Of a DNA stretch of 64,000 nt, positions 29,866-39,477 are shown one piece after another; position 1 is the stretch's first letter; the number at the start of each line of letters is the position of its first letter. A program made the translations under genes and the position numbers. The notes under the pieces are model-generated. The model searched no databases and was not told where the DNA came from. It saw only the letters and a list, made by a program, of their open reading frames with translations. The stretch comes from an uncultured Bacteroidota bacterium (GTDB taxonomy: Bacteria; Bacteroidota; Bacteroidia; AKYH767-A; 2013-40CM-41-45): positions 2,607 through 66,606 of the forward strand of contig CALMQM010000123.1 of assembly GCA_937871435.1 (NCBI GenBank), given 5' to 3'.

Positions 29866-30366
29866 TCAGCAACCACTCCTGCGTATCTGGAAATACATCT
29901 GATCATCGTCCTGGCCATCGAGATCAAAGTCGACGGTTGACCGGAACTCCGCGTAGTTTTTATCAAAAGTTGCTTCATAACGCAAGGTTTTGATTTTCGG
30001 AAATTCCTGATTCAGGATTAGTGTTTTCCCCTGGGTCGACCATTTTCCGGCGCTTTTGATTACGAGCTTTTTATTCGCGTCACGATATTCTGATAAATAA
30101 GTTCCGTCTTCACGAAAAACAGAGTGCACTTTTGTGGGGTCACAGCAATCTTCCGTCTTGTGGGGCTGAACCTCCATGGTTCCATCTACATCCGAATTGT
30201 TTATGCTCTTCATCGAAATAAGAACATAGCTGGTGTCCCACCTGCCGACAATAGCAGTCTTTAGGTCCTGAGAGGAGCTGGTTGTGTTCGATGCTTCCGG
30301 CATTGGTTCGCTTTGACAGGCAAAGAGAGCCAAGAAAATAACAATAATTGTTGCGAGATTTTTCAT
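29866..30366 (-). CDS. Hypothetical lipoprotein
   Basis: Lipoprotein signal MKNLATIIVIFLALFAC. 166 aa, lipocalin-like size. Confidence 0.55.
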   Translation of the reverse strand: MKNLATIIVIFLALFACQSEPMPEASNTTSSSQDLKTAIVGRWDTSYVLISMKSINNSDVDGTMEVQPHKTEDCCDPTKVHSVFREDGTYLSEYRDANKKLVIKSAGKWSTQGKTLILNQEFPKIKTLRYEATFDKNYAEFRSTVDFDLDGQDDDQMYFQIRRSGC

Positions 30367-30437
30367 GTCAAAAACGGGGGATTAAAAATTGTGGGTATTG
30401 AATCTGCAATTTAAATATTCATTTGACACTATTATTA

Positions 30438-30965
30438 TCATTTAACAGAAATGTTACCGTTTATCTGCACTCTTTTGACTCCGGTGGCACTATCGAAAAA
30501 TCGGCCGGAAAAGGATGCGGCAATAATCTTGTCCGATTCGCTAATATCGGAAATGGTGACTGTCGCATCATCGCTTTCGTCTTCGAGTGTATAAACAACT
30601 TTATCCACAGCCGGGTTGGATCCATAAATTTCAAGATAAATCTTCTCACCGGGTTTTTGATCGCCGTCTTTATCAAGCTTCAGTTTATGTGGTCCCGGAG
30701 TTGCAGGCACTTCGATTTGCAGGTGCAGTGTTTTACCATCGAGTTGGCCAACAAAATCAACGACGGCGCTCTTTTTTACTTCGTCCTTAAAGACAACACA
30801 CGCTATGGAGTCCTTACAGAAAATTGGAATGTTTTTCTCGCCCGGAAAATCCTCACCTTTCAATACGATGGTTCCTTCTCCGGCTTTTACCTGAGTGGAC
30901 AAAGCTGCAAGCAAACAAAAAAGCGCTGCTTTAAAACCGGTGATTTGCTTGTATTTATTTTCCAT
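30438..30965 (-). CDS. Hypothetical secreted protein
   Basis: Signal peptide …ALFCLLAALSTQVKA. 175 aa, beta-rich. Confidence 0.5.
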   Translation of the reverse strand: MENKYKQITGFKAALFCLLAALSTQVKAGEGTIVLKGEDFPGEKNIPIFCKDSIACVVFKDEVKKSAVVDFVGQLDGKTLHLQIEVPATPGPHKLKLDKDGDQKPGEKIYLEIYGSNPAVDKVVYTLEDESDDATVTISDISESDKIIAASFSGRFFDSATGVKRVQINGNISVK

Positions 30966-30991
30966 ATGAAGGAGGTGTCGGATCTGTTCGA

Positions 30992-31726
30992 TTAATTTCC
31001 GAGAGATAGCTCGAGGCCCAGAATCATTCGGGGAAATTCCGGGAAATCAAATCGTGGTCTGAAGAGATCTGTGAATCTGTAGTTTGCATAAAAAGACAAT
31101 CTGCTCAGCCCAAGGCGAGCTTCCGCGTAGGCGTTCAGGTCGGTGTAGTAAGGTTGCTTGCGAATAACGGATGTAACCATGCTGCCATCCGGCAAATCAT
31201 TCTTGGTAACATTTTGACGACCATAATTCCATTCGCCTGCAATGCATAGATCAAGGTATTTTCCCATTGCGTTTCCTCTGAACGGGTCGAAGTTGAGCCG
31301 ATTAAAAAATCCCAGTCGAATGGCCGAGAAATCGATTCGTTCTTTTTTATTTTGAAATGAGTTGGGAACTTTCTTTAATGAATCCTGATTCAGTTTAAAT
31401 GCCGTGTAGTTGTATTGTAACTCCCAGCCCAGAGAATAAACGCTCCCGATTTTATATTTCGTTCGGAATCCAATCGCAAACTCCACGGAGCTTCCATATT
31501 TTATTCTTGCGCCCCGTTCATCGGGTCCCAAAACAAAACCGAATTTCATGAAAGGATAAATATATCTTTTCAGATTAGGCCCTATTTTGGAGGGAATCGA
31601 ATCTGTTGCTCTGTCAACGTTTAACAAAACTGTTTGTGCCTGTCCATGATTGAAAAGTATAATCATGAGCAGCACGAGAGAAAGGCCAAAGGGTGGTCTG
31701 AATAATTTATTTTTGAATTGAGTCAT
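30992..31726 (-). CDS. Outer-membrane beta-barrel protein, hypothetical
   Basis: Signal peptide from an internal Met (MTQFKNKLFRPPFGLSLVLLMIILFNHGQAQ). Alternating amphipathic beta-strands and a C-terminal aromatic-rich end. Confidence 0.5.
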   Translation of the reverse strand: MTQFKNKLFRPPFGLSLVLLMIILFNHGQAQTVLLNVDRATDSIPSKIGPNLKRYIYPFMKFGFVLGPDERGARIKYGSSVEFAIGFRTKYKIGSVYSLGWELQYNYTAFKLNQDSLKKVPNSFQNKKERIDFSAIRLGFFNRLNFDPFRGNAMGKYLDLCIAGEWNYGRQNVTKNDLPDGSMVTSVIRKQPYYTDLNAYAEARLGLSRLSFYANYRFTDLFRPRFDFPEFPRMILGLELSLGN

Positions 31727-33356
31727 CCTGTAGTTCAATTTTAGGAAAATCCAGTGTGCCGGTGTAGCCTTCAAAGTGAACGGTGATTACATCTCCGGTG
31801 TGAAAATCTTCCGCATAAAAATGCAATACCTCTTTGTTTTCTGCCAGAAGTACGGAGTACGAGATCATGTTTCCGCTTTGATTCTCTACTTTATAATAAA
31901 GGTTTCTTCTTACTGCATAGCCAAGTGATCTTTCGGTTTCTGCGTAAGAGAATTGTTCTCTTAACACAACCTTGATTTCATTGTTGGCTACAACAAAATC
32001 AAATGTGGGATCAATGGTTTTATTCGAATCGAAAAAATAGGGTGCCTGTGGAATCCCGTATCCATGTGCATAATCAAAGTAGGGGAACAGATGACCCGAT
32101 TTCTCCATCTCTTTAAATAATTCCATGTTATTCCATGTTCGGTGTGATTGCCATGCACAGGCAGCAAAACCGGCAACAAGTGGCGTAGAAAAAGATGTAC
32201 CAAAAGCAACTTTGATTTTGTGCGCGTCTGCGATCACTGCTTTGCCAACAGCACAAACATTCGGTTTGAGAACGCCTGCGCTATTCGGACCAAAGGAGCT
32301 GAAATAAATGTGCATGTCTGATTCCGGATTTGTGCCACCCACCGTAAGTACACTATCCGCGTCTGCCGGTGTATCAATAGTGTGCCACTCGTTTTGTCCT
32401 TCATTGCCTGCGGCATTGACTACCAATATTCCTTTTTTTGCAGCCATATTAGCGGCACGCGCGACCAGACTTTTTCTACCATCCATATCTGAGGTAAAAT
32501 ACCTGCCGTTGGTATAACCCAATGAACTGGAAATAATATTTGCTCCGTGTTGATCAGCCCATTCGGCGGCGGCGAGCCAGTATTCTTCTTCGGCACGAGG
32601 TTCCCACAAAATTCTTTCTGTTCGTGCCAGCAAATATTCCGCACCTGTGGCAAGTCCCAGGGGAATACTGTCGGCAATACCCGCCATACAGGACAAGGTT
32701 GCGGCTCCATGCCAATGGTGTGCAAAGACAAATTCTTTTTTCGAAACAAAATCATATGTAGCAACGATTCTTTTTTCGTCGCGCAGTTTTTTGAAAACCG
32801 GATTTTTGTCAACTCCCGGAAACCCCGCATCCAACACGGCGATTCTTATTCCGGAACCATCCATGTGATGTTGTCTGAAGACTTCCGCTTTCATTCTTTC
32901 CGTTTGATAGTGCAACAAAGGAATCATTTCAGCCTCTTTTTCTTTCTTTGAGTTTTTCAACGCGGGCAATGCACAAAAAACCATTGGCTCAACCTCTTTC
33001 ACAAATGCGAAAGATTTAATCTGAAGGATCTGCTCGTTGGTTGCAAACAAGGCAACGCCATTCAACCATCGACTAGGCCAGGAAAGAGTTGCTCCTGTGC
33101 TTGCGAGCAATTCAAGGTATTGGGGGGAAACAGGAAAATCTGTTGAATCAACAATCGGAATATTTTGATTTTGCCGCTGTAAAATTGTGCGTTCATCAAA
33201 ATAAGAATAGGGATCAAAAAAGGAATAGTGTTTGTCGGTGAAACTTACCCAGAATTTTACCGGCGATTCCGAAAATACTTTGACAGAAAACAAAAGGCCA
33301 AACAGGAAAAGCCCGCCGGCGAGTTTAAAAAAGAGGGGCGAGGCTGTTTTTTTCAA
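31707..33356 (-). CDS. S8-family subtilisin-like serine peptidase, secreted
   Basis: Catalytic triad motifs AVLDAGF (Asp), HGAATLS (His) and GTSFSTPLVAG (Ser). N-terminal signal peptide. Confidence 0.85.
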   Translation of the reverse strand: MKKTASPLFFKLAGGLFLFGLLFSVKVFSESPVKFWVSFTDKHYSFFDPYSYFDERTILQRQNQNIPIVDSTDFPVSPQYLELLASTGATLSWPSRWLNGVALFATNEQILQIKSFAFVKEVEPMVFCALPALKNSKKEKEAEMIPLLHYQTERMKAEVFRQHHMDGSGIRIAVLDAGFPGVDKNPVFKKLRDEKRIVATYDFVSKKEFVFAHHWHGAATLSCMAGIADSIPLGLATGAEYLLARTERILWEPRAEEEYWLAAAEWADQHGANIISSSLGYTNGRYFTSDMDGRKSLVARAANMAAKKGILVVNAAGNEGQNEWHTIDTPADADSVLTVGGTNPESDMHIYFSSFGPNSAGVLKPNVCAVGKAVIADAHKIKVAFGTSFSTPLVAGFAACAWQSHRTWNNMELFKEMEKSGHLFPYFDYAHGYGIPQAPYFFDSNKTIDPTFDFVVANNEIKVVLREQFSYAETERSLGYAVRRNLYYKVENQSGNMISYSVLLAENKEVLHFYAEDFHTGDVITVHFEGYTGTLDFPKIELQDDSIQK

Positions 33357-33872
33357 TCAGTTTTTTTTCTTCGATTCCGGGAAGACCTTGGTCCACTTCA
33401 GAATATTGACTACGCGCGTTCCATCTTCATAACTGTCGGCGAATTTCGCGCGGAGGTAATCATCGGGAAATTCATAAGTATATTCCATTTCCCCGGCCTT
33501 ACTGATAACGGCAGATGTTTTTGAATATTCGTTTGTTTCCGGGAAAAAATTTCTGTACAAATAGACGCCCTTTACGTCGGTGACCGAAAATTGTACGTCA
33601 TACGATTCTCCGGTAAGGTTGAAGGACTCATATTTGTTATCTTTTTTCATCACAGCCACCTTAGCAGCTTTGGGAAATTTCTGGATATCGTAGAGGGTGT
33701 CGTAATTATAAAATTCCTGTGTAGTGGACACGTTCCAGATGCCTTCGATTGGATCCAGGCTGTCTGCTTGTTTGGTAAAATATTCTTTGAACAAATCTTC
33801 GCTGGTGAGCTTTTGAGCAAGCAGGGGAGAAGCAAAGAGCGAAAGAAGCAGTATTCCGAAACTAAATTTCAT
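33357..33872 (-). CDS. Hypothetical secreted protein
   Basis: Signal MKFSFGILLLSLFASPLLAQ from an internal start. Directly downstream of the S8 peptidase. Confidence 0.5.
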   Translation of the reverse strand: MKFSFGILLLSLFASPLLAQKLTSEDLFKEYFTKQADSLDPIEGIWNVSTTQEFYNYDTLYDIQKFPKAAKVAVMKKDNKYESFNLTGESYDVQFSVTDVKGVYLYRNFFPETNEYSKTSAVISKAGEMEYTYEFPDDYLRAKFADSYEDGTRVVNILKWTKVFPESKKKN

Positions 33873-33941
33873 GGTTACGAAAATACATTTTTTGTTCATT
33901 CAATAACAGGGCTGCTCCATTTCCCTTGTCTTAATAATGTT

Positions 33942-35630
33942 CTATTCTTTGGGCATGGGCCGATCAACCCGAATCCTTTCTTTTCTGTTTGCCACTTCCC
34001 AGGCGGTCAGGAATACAAGTCTGGCTCTACGGGCCAACAACTTCGTGTTTATTTTATCGGCGGTGTCTCCGGTCTGATGATAATCCGCGTGTGTTCCGTT
34101 AAAATAGAAGATTACCGGGATATTGTTTTTTGCAAAATTATAGTGGTCGCTTCGAAAGTAGAATCGGTTTGGGTCGCCCGGTTTATTGTATTCGTAATCC
34201 AGGTGCAACTTGGTAATACTGTCGTTAACCCGTTCGCTTATTTCGTGGAGCTCTGTGCTTAATTTGTTGGATCCAATAATGTAAACGTAATTGGGATCGT
34301 TCAGCGAATCGTGTTTCGGGTCGGTGCGACCGATCATATCAATATTCAGATCAACCACTATTTCGTTCAGGGGGACAGGGGGCCTTTTTACAAAATATTT
34401 TGACCCCAACAATCCCTTTTCTTCGCCGCTGACGAGCATAAAGTAAATGTTTCTCAATGGTCGATGGCCATCCGCTGCCGCTTGTTGAAAAACTCTCGCA
34501 AGTTCCATCACCGCAGATGTTCCGCTGGCGTTATCATCGGCACCCGGATGGAGTAGTGAATCACGGATGCCGAGATGATCATAATGCGCCGTAATAAAAA
34601 CCGATTCATTTTTCTTTTCAGTTCCTTCGATGTAACCGATCATGTTTTGTCCGCGCATCTTATCCGTTTCCGCTGATAATTTTACAATCGCTGAAGTTGA
34701 AGAAGAGATGTTTACAGATTTTTTTCCTCTCGAAATTTTACGCAACGCTTTATTCAACTCAGGTTCCATCGTTTCGGGAAAAAATTTCTGTGCCAGATCA
34801 TTTGTGATATAAACCCATGGAATTGCATTCGGTTGCCGGCAGGAAACTTCAAATGCATTGGGCTTGTTACTATAATTAAATGAATCCGCCATGGCTTCGA
34901 TAGTGTCTGTGATTACAAATACTATTCGTGGTTTTTTTTCGTTGATGAATTCAACTTTTCTCTTCCAGTCTGTTGACCATTCAGATGCATGCTTACTTTT
35001 TGTAATGATGTATTTTCCTTTTTTACTCTTTGGTTCGCCATCTAAAATAATTACGGCTTTACCGGTGATGTCGTTGTTTTTACAATCATCATATGATGGA
35101 TCCGTTATACCATATCCTATAAAAGAAACCGAATCAATCACAAGCATGGTGTCGGTAAAAAAAGACGGGTAATAGAAGTCTTTCATAAAGAGAAAAAACT
35201 GTTGGTTCACTTCTATGTTACATGTTTCACACGACCGTAATGTGATCGGATGAAACTGTTCATAGGTTCCAAAAATTCCGGGGTTCAGATTTAAGTGGCT
35301 AAATCTGTTTTTAATATAGTGCGCTGCTCTTTTCTGACCCGGTTTACCTGTTTCTCTTCCTTCCAGGGAATCCGATGTAAGTATACGAATGGTGGAATAT
35401 GCCGAGTCGGGAGAAATTTGTTTGCTGTATTGAACAGAAAGGTCGCTTTGAGCCAGGCCCTGAAGAGTGTTCAATACAAAGAGGAAAAGGAGGAAAATGT
35501 TGATCTGGAAAGAAGAATTCCTGTTCGTTATTTTAAGAAAAATGGCAGTCCTTTTCACAGCCGTTTTATCATATAATTCAAAGAAGGATTGCCGGTGAAC
35601 GAGTAGTGATTTTGCAGAACGTTTTTTCAC
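33942..35630 (-). CDS. M28-family zinc aminopeptidase, secreted
   Basis: M28 metal-binding motifs HYDHLG, DDNASG and SGEEKGLLGS. The signal-like segment IFLLFLFVLNTLQGLAQS is internal, so the true start may be a non-ATG codon. Confidence 0.8.
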   Translation of the reverse strand: MKKRSAKSLLVHRQSFFELYDKTAVKRTAIFLKITNRNSSFQINIFLLFLFVLNTLQGLAQSDLSVQYSKQISPDSAYSTIRILTSDSLEGRETGKPGQKRAAHYIKNRFSHLNLNPGIFGTYEQFHPITLRSCETCNIEVNQQFFLFMKDFYYPSFFTDTMLVIDSVSFIGYGITDPSYDDCKNNDITGKAVIILDGEPKSKKGKYIITKSKHASEWSTDWKRKVEFINEKKPRIVFVITDTIEAMADSFNYSNKPNAFEVSCRQPNAIPWVYITNDLAQKFFPETMEPELNKALRKISRGKKSVNISSSTSAIVKLSAETDKMRGQNMIGYIEGTEKKNESVFITAHYDHLGIRDSLLHPGADDNASGTSAVMELARVFQQAAADGHRPLRNIYFMLVSGEEKGLLGSKYFVKRPPVPLNEIVVDLNIDMIGRTDPKHDSLNDPNYVYIIGSNKLSTELHEISERVNDSITKLHLDYEYNKPGDPNRFYFRSDHYNFAKNNIPVIFYFNGTHADYHQTGDTADKINTKLLARRARLVFLTAWEVANRKERIRVDRPMPKE

Positions 35631-35634
35631 TTAC

Positions 35635-36078
35635 TCAACTGTGGATGGCAATTTTGTTTACTCTGTTTGTGTGTCGACCACCTTCAAAAGGTGTTGCTAA
35701 AAAAGTTTGTACAAAAGAAAGCGCTTCATCCCTGCTTACAAACCTGGCAGGTATACAGAGCACATTCGCATTGTTATGTTGTCGTGCCAGCGATGCTAAT
35801 TCATTTTTCCAGGCAATGGCGGCTCTTATACCAGAGTGTTTGTTTGCTGTGATTGCGACGCCATTAGCACTACCACAAAAAAGCACACCAATGTCAAATT
35901 CATTTTTTTCAATTGCGTTGGAAAGCGGGTGAACAAAATCCGGGTAGTCAACGGAGTCGGTAGAATAGGTACCAAAGTCTTTTAATTCATAGCCCGCTTC
36001 TTCCAAGTTCTTTTTAATGAACTCCTTGTATTCAAATCCGGCATGATCACAACCAAGGGCAATGCGTTGTTTTTTCAT
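35635..36078 (-). CDS. rpiB: Ribose-5-phosphate isomerase B
   Basis: RpiB/LacAB fold signature MKKQRIALGCDHAGFEYK…GVLFCGSANGVAITANK. Confidence 0.85.
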   Translation of the reverse strand: MKKQRIALGCDHAGFEYKEFIKKNLEEAGYELKDFGTYSTDSVDYPDFVHPLSNAIEKNEFDIGVLFCGSANGVAITANKHSGIRAAIAWKNELASLARQHNNANVLCIPARFVSRDEALSFVQTFLATPFEGGRHTNRVNKIAIHS

Positions 36079-36574
36079 GATTTTACAATCAATGGGTTTC
36101 TAACAAATGTACTAATTTGTTATGAACATGTCATCTTTTCCGATTTTTAGTACGTTGATTTATAGAGCTATCAGGAAACGATTTATTAACAGTATTTTTG
36201 TGTATGGAATTAAAACCTGTGGTTAACTGATGAAAAGAATCTCTTGCAATGTTCATAAGCCATTCTCTTTATGAATCCATTTTATGAAAGCAAGGAAATT
36301 ATATCACAGGTTATGAATTTATGCTAACAAAATAAGACGTGTTTTTCACCTGAAAATTACAGATAATTATTCACAGCACCTGAAATAACGTATTGTTCAT
36401 TTCAGTATGATAAAACTAATTATCAGAAGATTGGAATAAAAATACATGTTGATAACGAAGAACAAAATGTGTGTAAATGAAAAGTCAAGCGTTGTTCGCT
36501 GAAATTACAAACAGAATGAACAGGCTAATAGTAGTAATAGATTTTAAGATATAAATTTAAAATATATTAATTGT

Positions 36575-37579
36575 ATGGATGTGTTGAATGAAAAAATTGC
36601 CGCGGTTTCAACAAAGGGATTTTTGGATATTGAACCGGATCCTTCCTTAGATTTGTTCGCGGAACTCAACAAACTCAAAAAAGAAAAAAATGCGATTCTT
36701 CTCGCTCATTATTATCAGGATGCTGATATCCAGGATGTCGCGGATTATATTGGGGATAGTTTGGGATTGGCGCAACAAGCTGAGAAGACGAATGCATCGA
36801 TTATTGTTTTTGCCGGGGTTCATTTCATGGCAGAGACGGCGAAGATTCTGAATCCGGGGAAGAAAGTATTGTTACCTGATTTGCGTGCAGGTTGTTCGTT
36901 GGCAGATGCATGTAAGCCTGAAGCATTTGCAGCATTTAAGTCGAAGTATCCGGATCATGTTGTTATTTCTTACATCAATTGTTCGGCAGAAATAAAAGCG
37001 ATGAGTGATATCATTTGTACTTCTTCAAATGCAGTCGCTATTGTGAACAGTGTACCGAAAGACAAAAAAATAATTTTTGCACCGGATAAAAATCTTGGTC
37101 GTTATGTGGCAGAAAAATCAGGCAGGGATCTGGTGTTATGGGACGGAACATGTATGGTACATGAAATTTTCTCTTTGGAAAAAATCATGAAGTTGAAAGC
37201 CAAACATCCGCATGCAAAATTTATTGCTCATCCGGAATGTGAACCCGGTGTATTGTCGCAGGCGGATTTTATAGGATCAACAACAGCATTGTTGAAATAT
37301 ACAGTAAGCAGTCTGGATACTGAATTCATAGTCGGAACTGAAACAGGAATATTACACCAGATGGCGAAAGCATCTCCTGAAAAAACATTTATTCCTGCGC
37401 CACCGAATAATTCCTGTGCATGTAACGATTGCCCGCATATGAAACTAAACACGCTGGAGAAATTGTATATTTGTTTGAAGTACGAGACACCGGAATTATT
37501 ACTTCCGGAGACTGTACGAACAAAAGCTCTTATTCCGATTAAACGAATGCTGGAAATTTCCAAACAACAGGGATTATAA
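36575..37579 (+). CDS. nadA: Quinolinate synthase A
   Basis: Typical NadA N-terminus and LAHYYQ motif. 334 aa. Confidence 0.85.
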   Translation: MDVLNEKIAAVSTKGFLDIEPDPSLDLFAELNKLKKEKNAILLAHYYQDADIQDVADYIGDSLGLAQQAEKTNASIIVFAGVHFMAETAKILNPGKKVLLPDLRAGCSLADACKPEAFAAFKSKYPDHVVISYINCSAEIKAMSDIICTSSNAVAIVNSVPKDKKIIFAPDKNLGRYVAEKSGRDLVLWDGTCMVHEIFSLEKIMKLKAKHPHAKFIAHPECEPGVLSQADFIGSTTALLKYTVSSLDTEFIVGTETGILHQMAKASPEKTFIPAPPNNSCACNDCPHMKLNTLEKLYICLKYETPELLLPETVRTKALIPIKRMLEISKQQGL

Positions 37580-37581
37580 AA

Positions 37582-39123
37582 TTGATTTCAATGAACGTGT
37601 TTTCAAAAAAATATTTCATCACAACACTTTTGTTATCCCTTTGCATTTGTGTTTTTTCTCAAGATGCTCCAAAGACTAACCCAGACGGGTTCAATACATT
37701 TTATTATCCGGGCGGAAAAAAATCCAGTGAAGGTTTTCTGAAAAACGGAAAACCGGACGGGTATTGGAAAAGTTATTATGAGAGTGGCAGAATAAAATCA
37801 GAAGGAAATCGTGTTAATTTCAAACTTGACAGTTTGTGGAAATTTTACAATGATTCTGCGGTTCTGACTGCTGAATACTATTACAAAGACGGATTGAAAA
37901 ACGGAATTCAGAAAACCTATTATGATAACGGAGTTTTGCAGTCGGAAGAAACTGATTCGATGAGTATTCGTCAGGGGATTTCAAAGTATTATAATGAAAA
38001 GGGAATTCTGATTAAAACTATTCCGTATATCAATGGTGTTGAAAACGGAATGGCAAGAGAGTACCGTGAAGACGGCACATTGATCACAGTGACTCGTTAC
38101 AGAAATGGATTTTTTCAAAAAGAAGAAAAAATAAACCGGATAGATAAGTTGGGATTAAAGCAAGGTGTCTATAAAGATTTCTATGATACGGATCAGATTC
38201 GTTCTGAAGGAATGTATAAAGACGATAAGAAGGATGGTATTTTCAAAGAGTATTCATTGGATGGAAGGGTGATTAAAAAAGAGGAATACATTATGGATGT
38301 ACTTCAGGTGAAAGAGGAGGCGGAAAAGGACAAGTTTGAAGTAAAGAGAAATTATTATGCAACAGGGGCTACGAAAATAGTCGGGACATTTAAAAAAGGA
38401 ATTCCGGAAGGAGTGTTCAGACAATATGATGAAAACGGAAACATTGACAGCGCGAAAGTATTTGCAGGGGGACGACTGCTGAGACAAGGAAAGATGGATA
38501 ATCAGGGGAGAGAACAAGGAGAGTGGAAAGAATTTTATGAAAGCGGGAAAATTCGTTCCATAGGCATGTATGTGGACGGAAAAAGAGAAGGTGTTTGGAA
38601 ATTTTCTTTTGAAAATGATTCCATGGAGCAGATTGGTGCTTATGTAAAAGGAAAACCGAACGGGGATTGGAAATGGTATTATCCGAATGGACAATTGCGG
38701 AGAGAGGAAACGTATGCGAACGGAAAAGAAAACGGAATGATGCGCGAGTTTGATGATGATGGCACATTGTTAACCGAAGGAAATTATGTAGACGGGAAAC
38801 AGGAAGGTGATTGGAAATACAGTATTGGTGAATATGTCGCGGAGGGAAAGTTTGTTGAAGGAAAGGAAGATGGTTTGTGGAAGCAATATTACAGAGACGG
38901 CAAACTTGCTTTTGAAGGAGAGTACCTCGAAGGACTTGAAACAGGAAAACACACATATTACTGGCCGAATGGTCGCCTGCACGAGGTCCGCAATTACCGA
39001 CTTGGCCTACCGGATGGTGAATGGTTTTTATACGATGAGGGAGGAGCAGAAGTGTTGAAACTGACATACCGCAGTGGTGATGAAAAGAAGATAGACAACA
39101 CGGATGCACCGGAAGGGAATTGA
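37582..39123 (+). CDS. MORN-variant/YwqK-type repeat protein, secreted
   Basis: Signal peptide, then about 18 repeats of G-x-W-K-x-Y-Y-x-x-G-x-(L/I) (GYWKSYYESGRI, GDWKWYYPNGQL and others). Confidence 0.7.
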   Translation: MISMNVFSKKYFITTLLLSLCICVFSQDAPKTNPDGFNTFYYPGGKKSSEGFLKNGKPDGYWKSYYESGRIKSEGNRVNFKLDSLWKFYNDSAVLTAEYYYKDGLKNGIQKTYYDNGVLQSEETDSMSIRQGISKYYNEKGILIKTIPYINGVENGMAREYREDGTLITVTRYRNGFFQKEEKINRIDKLGLKQGVYKDFYDTDQIRSEGMYKDDKKDGIFKEYSLDGRVIKKEEYIMDVLQVKEEAEKDKFEVKRNYYATGATKIVGTFKKGIPEGVFRQYDENGNIDSAKVFAGGRLLRQGKMDNQGREQGEWKEFYESGKIRSIGMYVDGKREGVWKFSFENDSMEQIGAYVKGKPNGDWKWYYPNGQLRREETYANGKENGMMREFDDDGTLLTEGNYVDGKQEGDWKYSIGEYVAEGKFVEGKEDGLWKQYYRDGKLAFEGEYLEGLETGKHTYYWPNGRLHEVRNYRLGLPDGEWFLYDEGGAEVLKLTYRSGDEKKIDNTDAPEGN

Positions 39124-39149
39124 ATCAACCATACTTTTAGAAATGGTGA

Positions 39150-39464
39150 ATGGAAAAAAAATTTAGATCCTTCAAAGAGTTTTACCCCTATTATTTATCG
39201 GAACATAAAAAACCGATGACACAGGCGTTTCATTTTTTTGGAACTTTTTTGGTGATCTTATTGTTTCTCTACGGAATTTTTATGCAATCCGGAATTGCTT
39301 TTTTATTAATGCCGGTTGCGGGCTATGGTCTGGCATGGATCAGCCATTTGTTTGTTGAGAAAAATAAACCGGCGACATTCACATATCCTTTGTGGAGTCT
39401 ACGCTCCGACTTTGTGATGTTTGCGGATATTCTGACGGGTAAGATAAAAAAGCGGATGAATTAG
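39150..39464 (+). CDS. DUF962 (Mpo1-like) small membrane protein
   Basis: FKEFYPYYLSEHKKPMTQAFHFFGT… matches the DUF962 pattern. Two TMs. Confidence 0.6.
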   Translation: MEKKFRSFKEFYPYYLSEHKKPMTQAFHFFGTFLVILLFLYGIFMQSGIAFLLMPVAGYGLAWISHLFVEKNKPATFTYPLWSLRSDFVMFADILTGKIKKRMN

Positions 39465-39477
39465 AGAGTTGAAAATA

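Noticed and set aside
36079-36574. 496-nt AT-rich rpiB-nadA divergent spacer as a possible riboswitch or sRNA
   Set aside because: No convincing conserved stem architecture seen by eye. Most likely two divergent promoters. Would need a covariance-model scan.
38417-39109. 230-aa and 146-aa minus-strand ORFs
   Set aside because: Antisense to the MORN-repeat gene. Cys/His-rich nonsense typical of the reverse frame of repeats.
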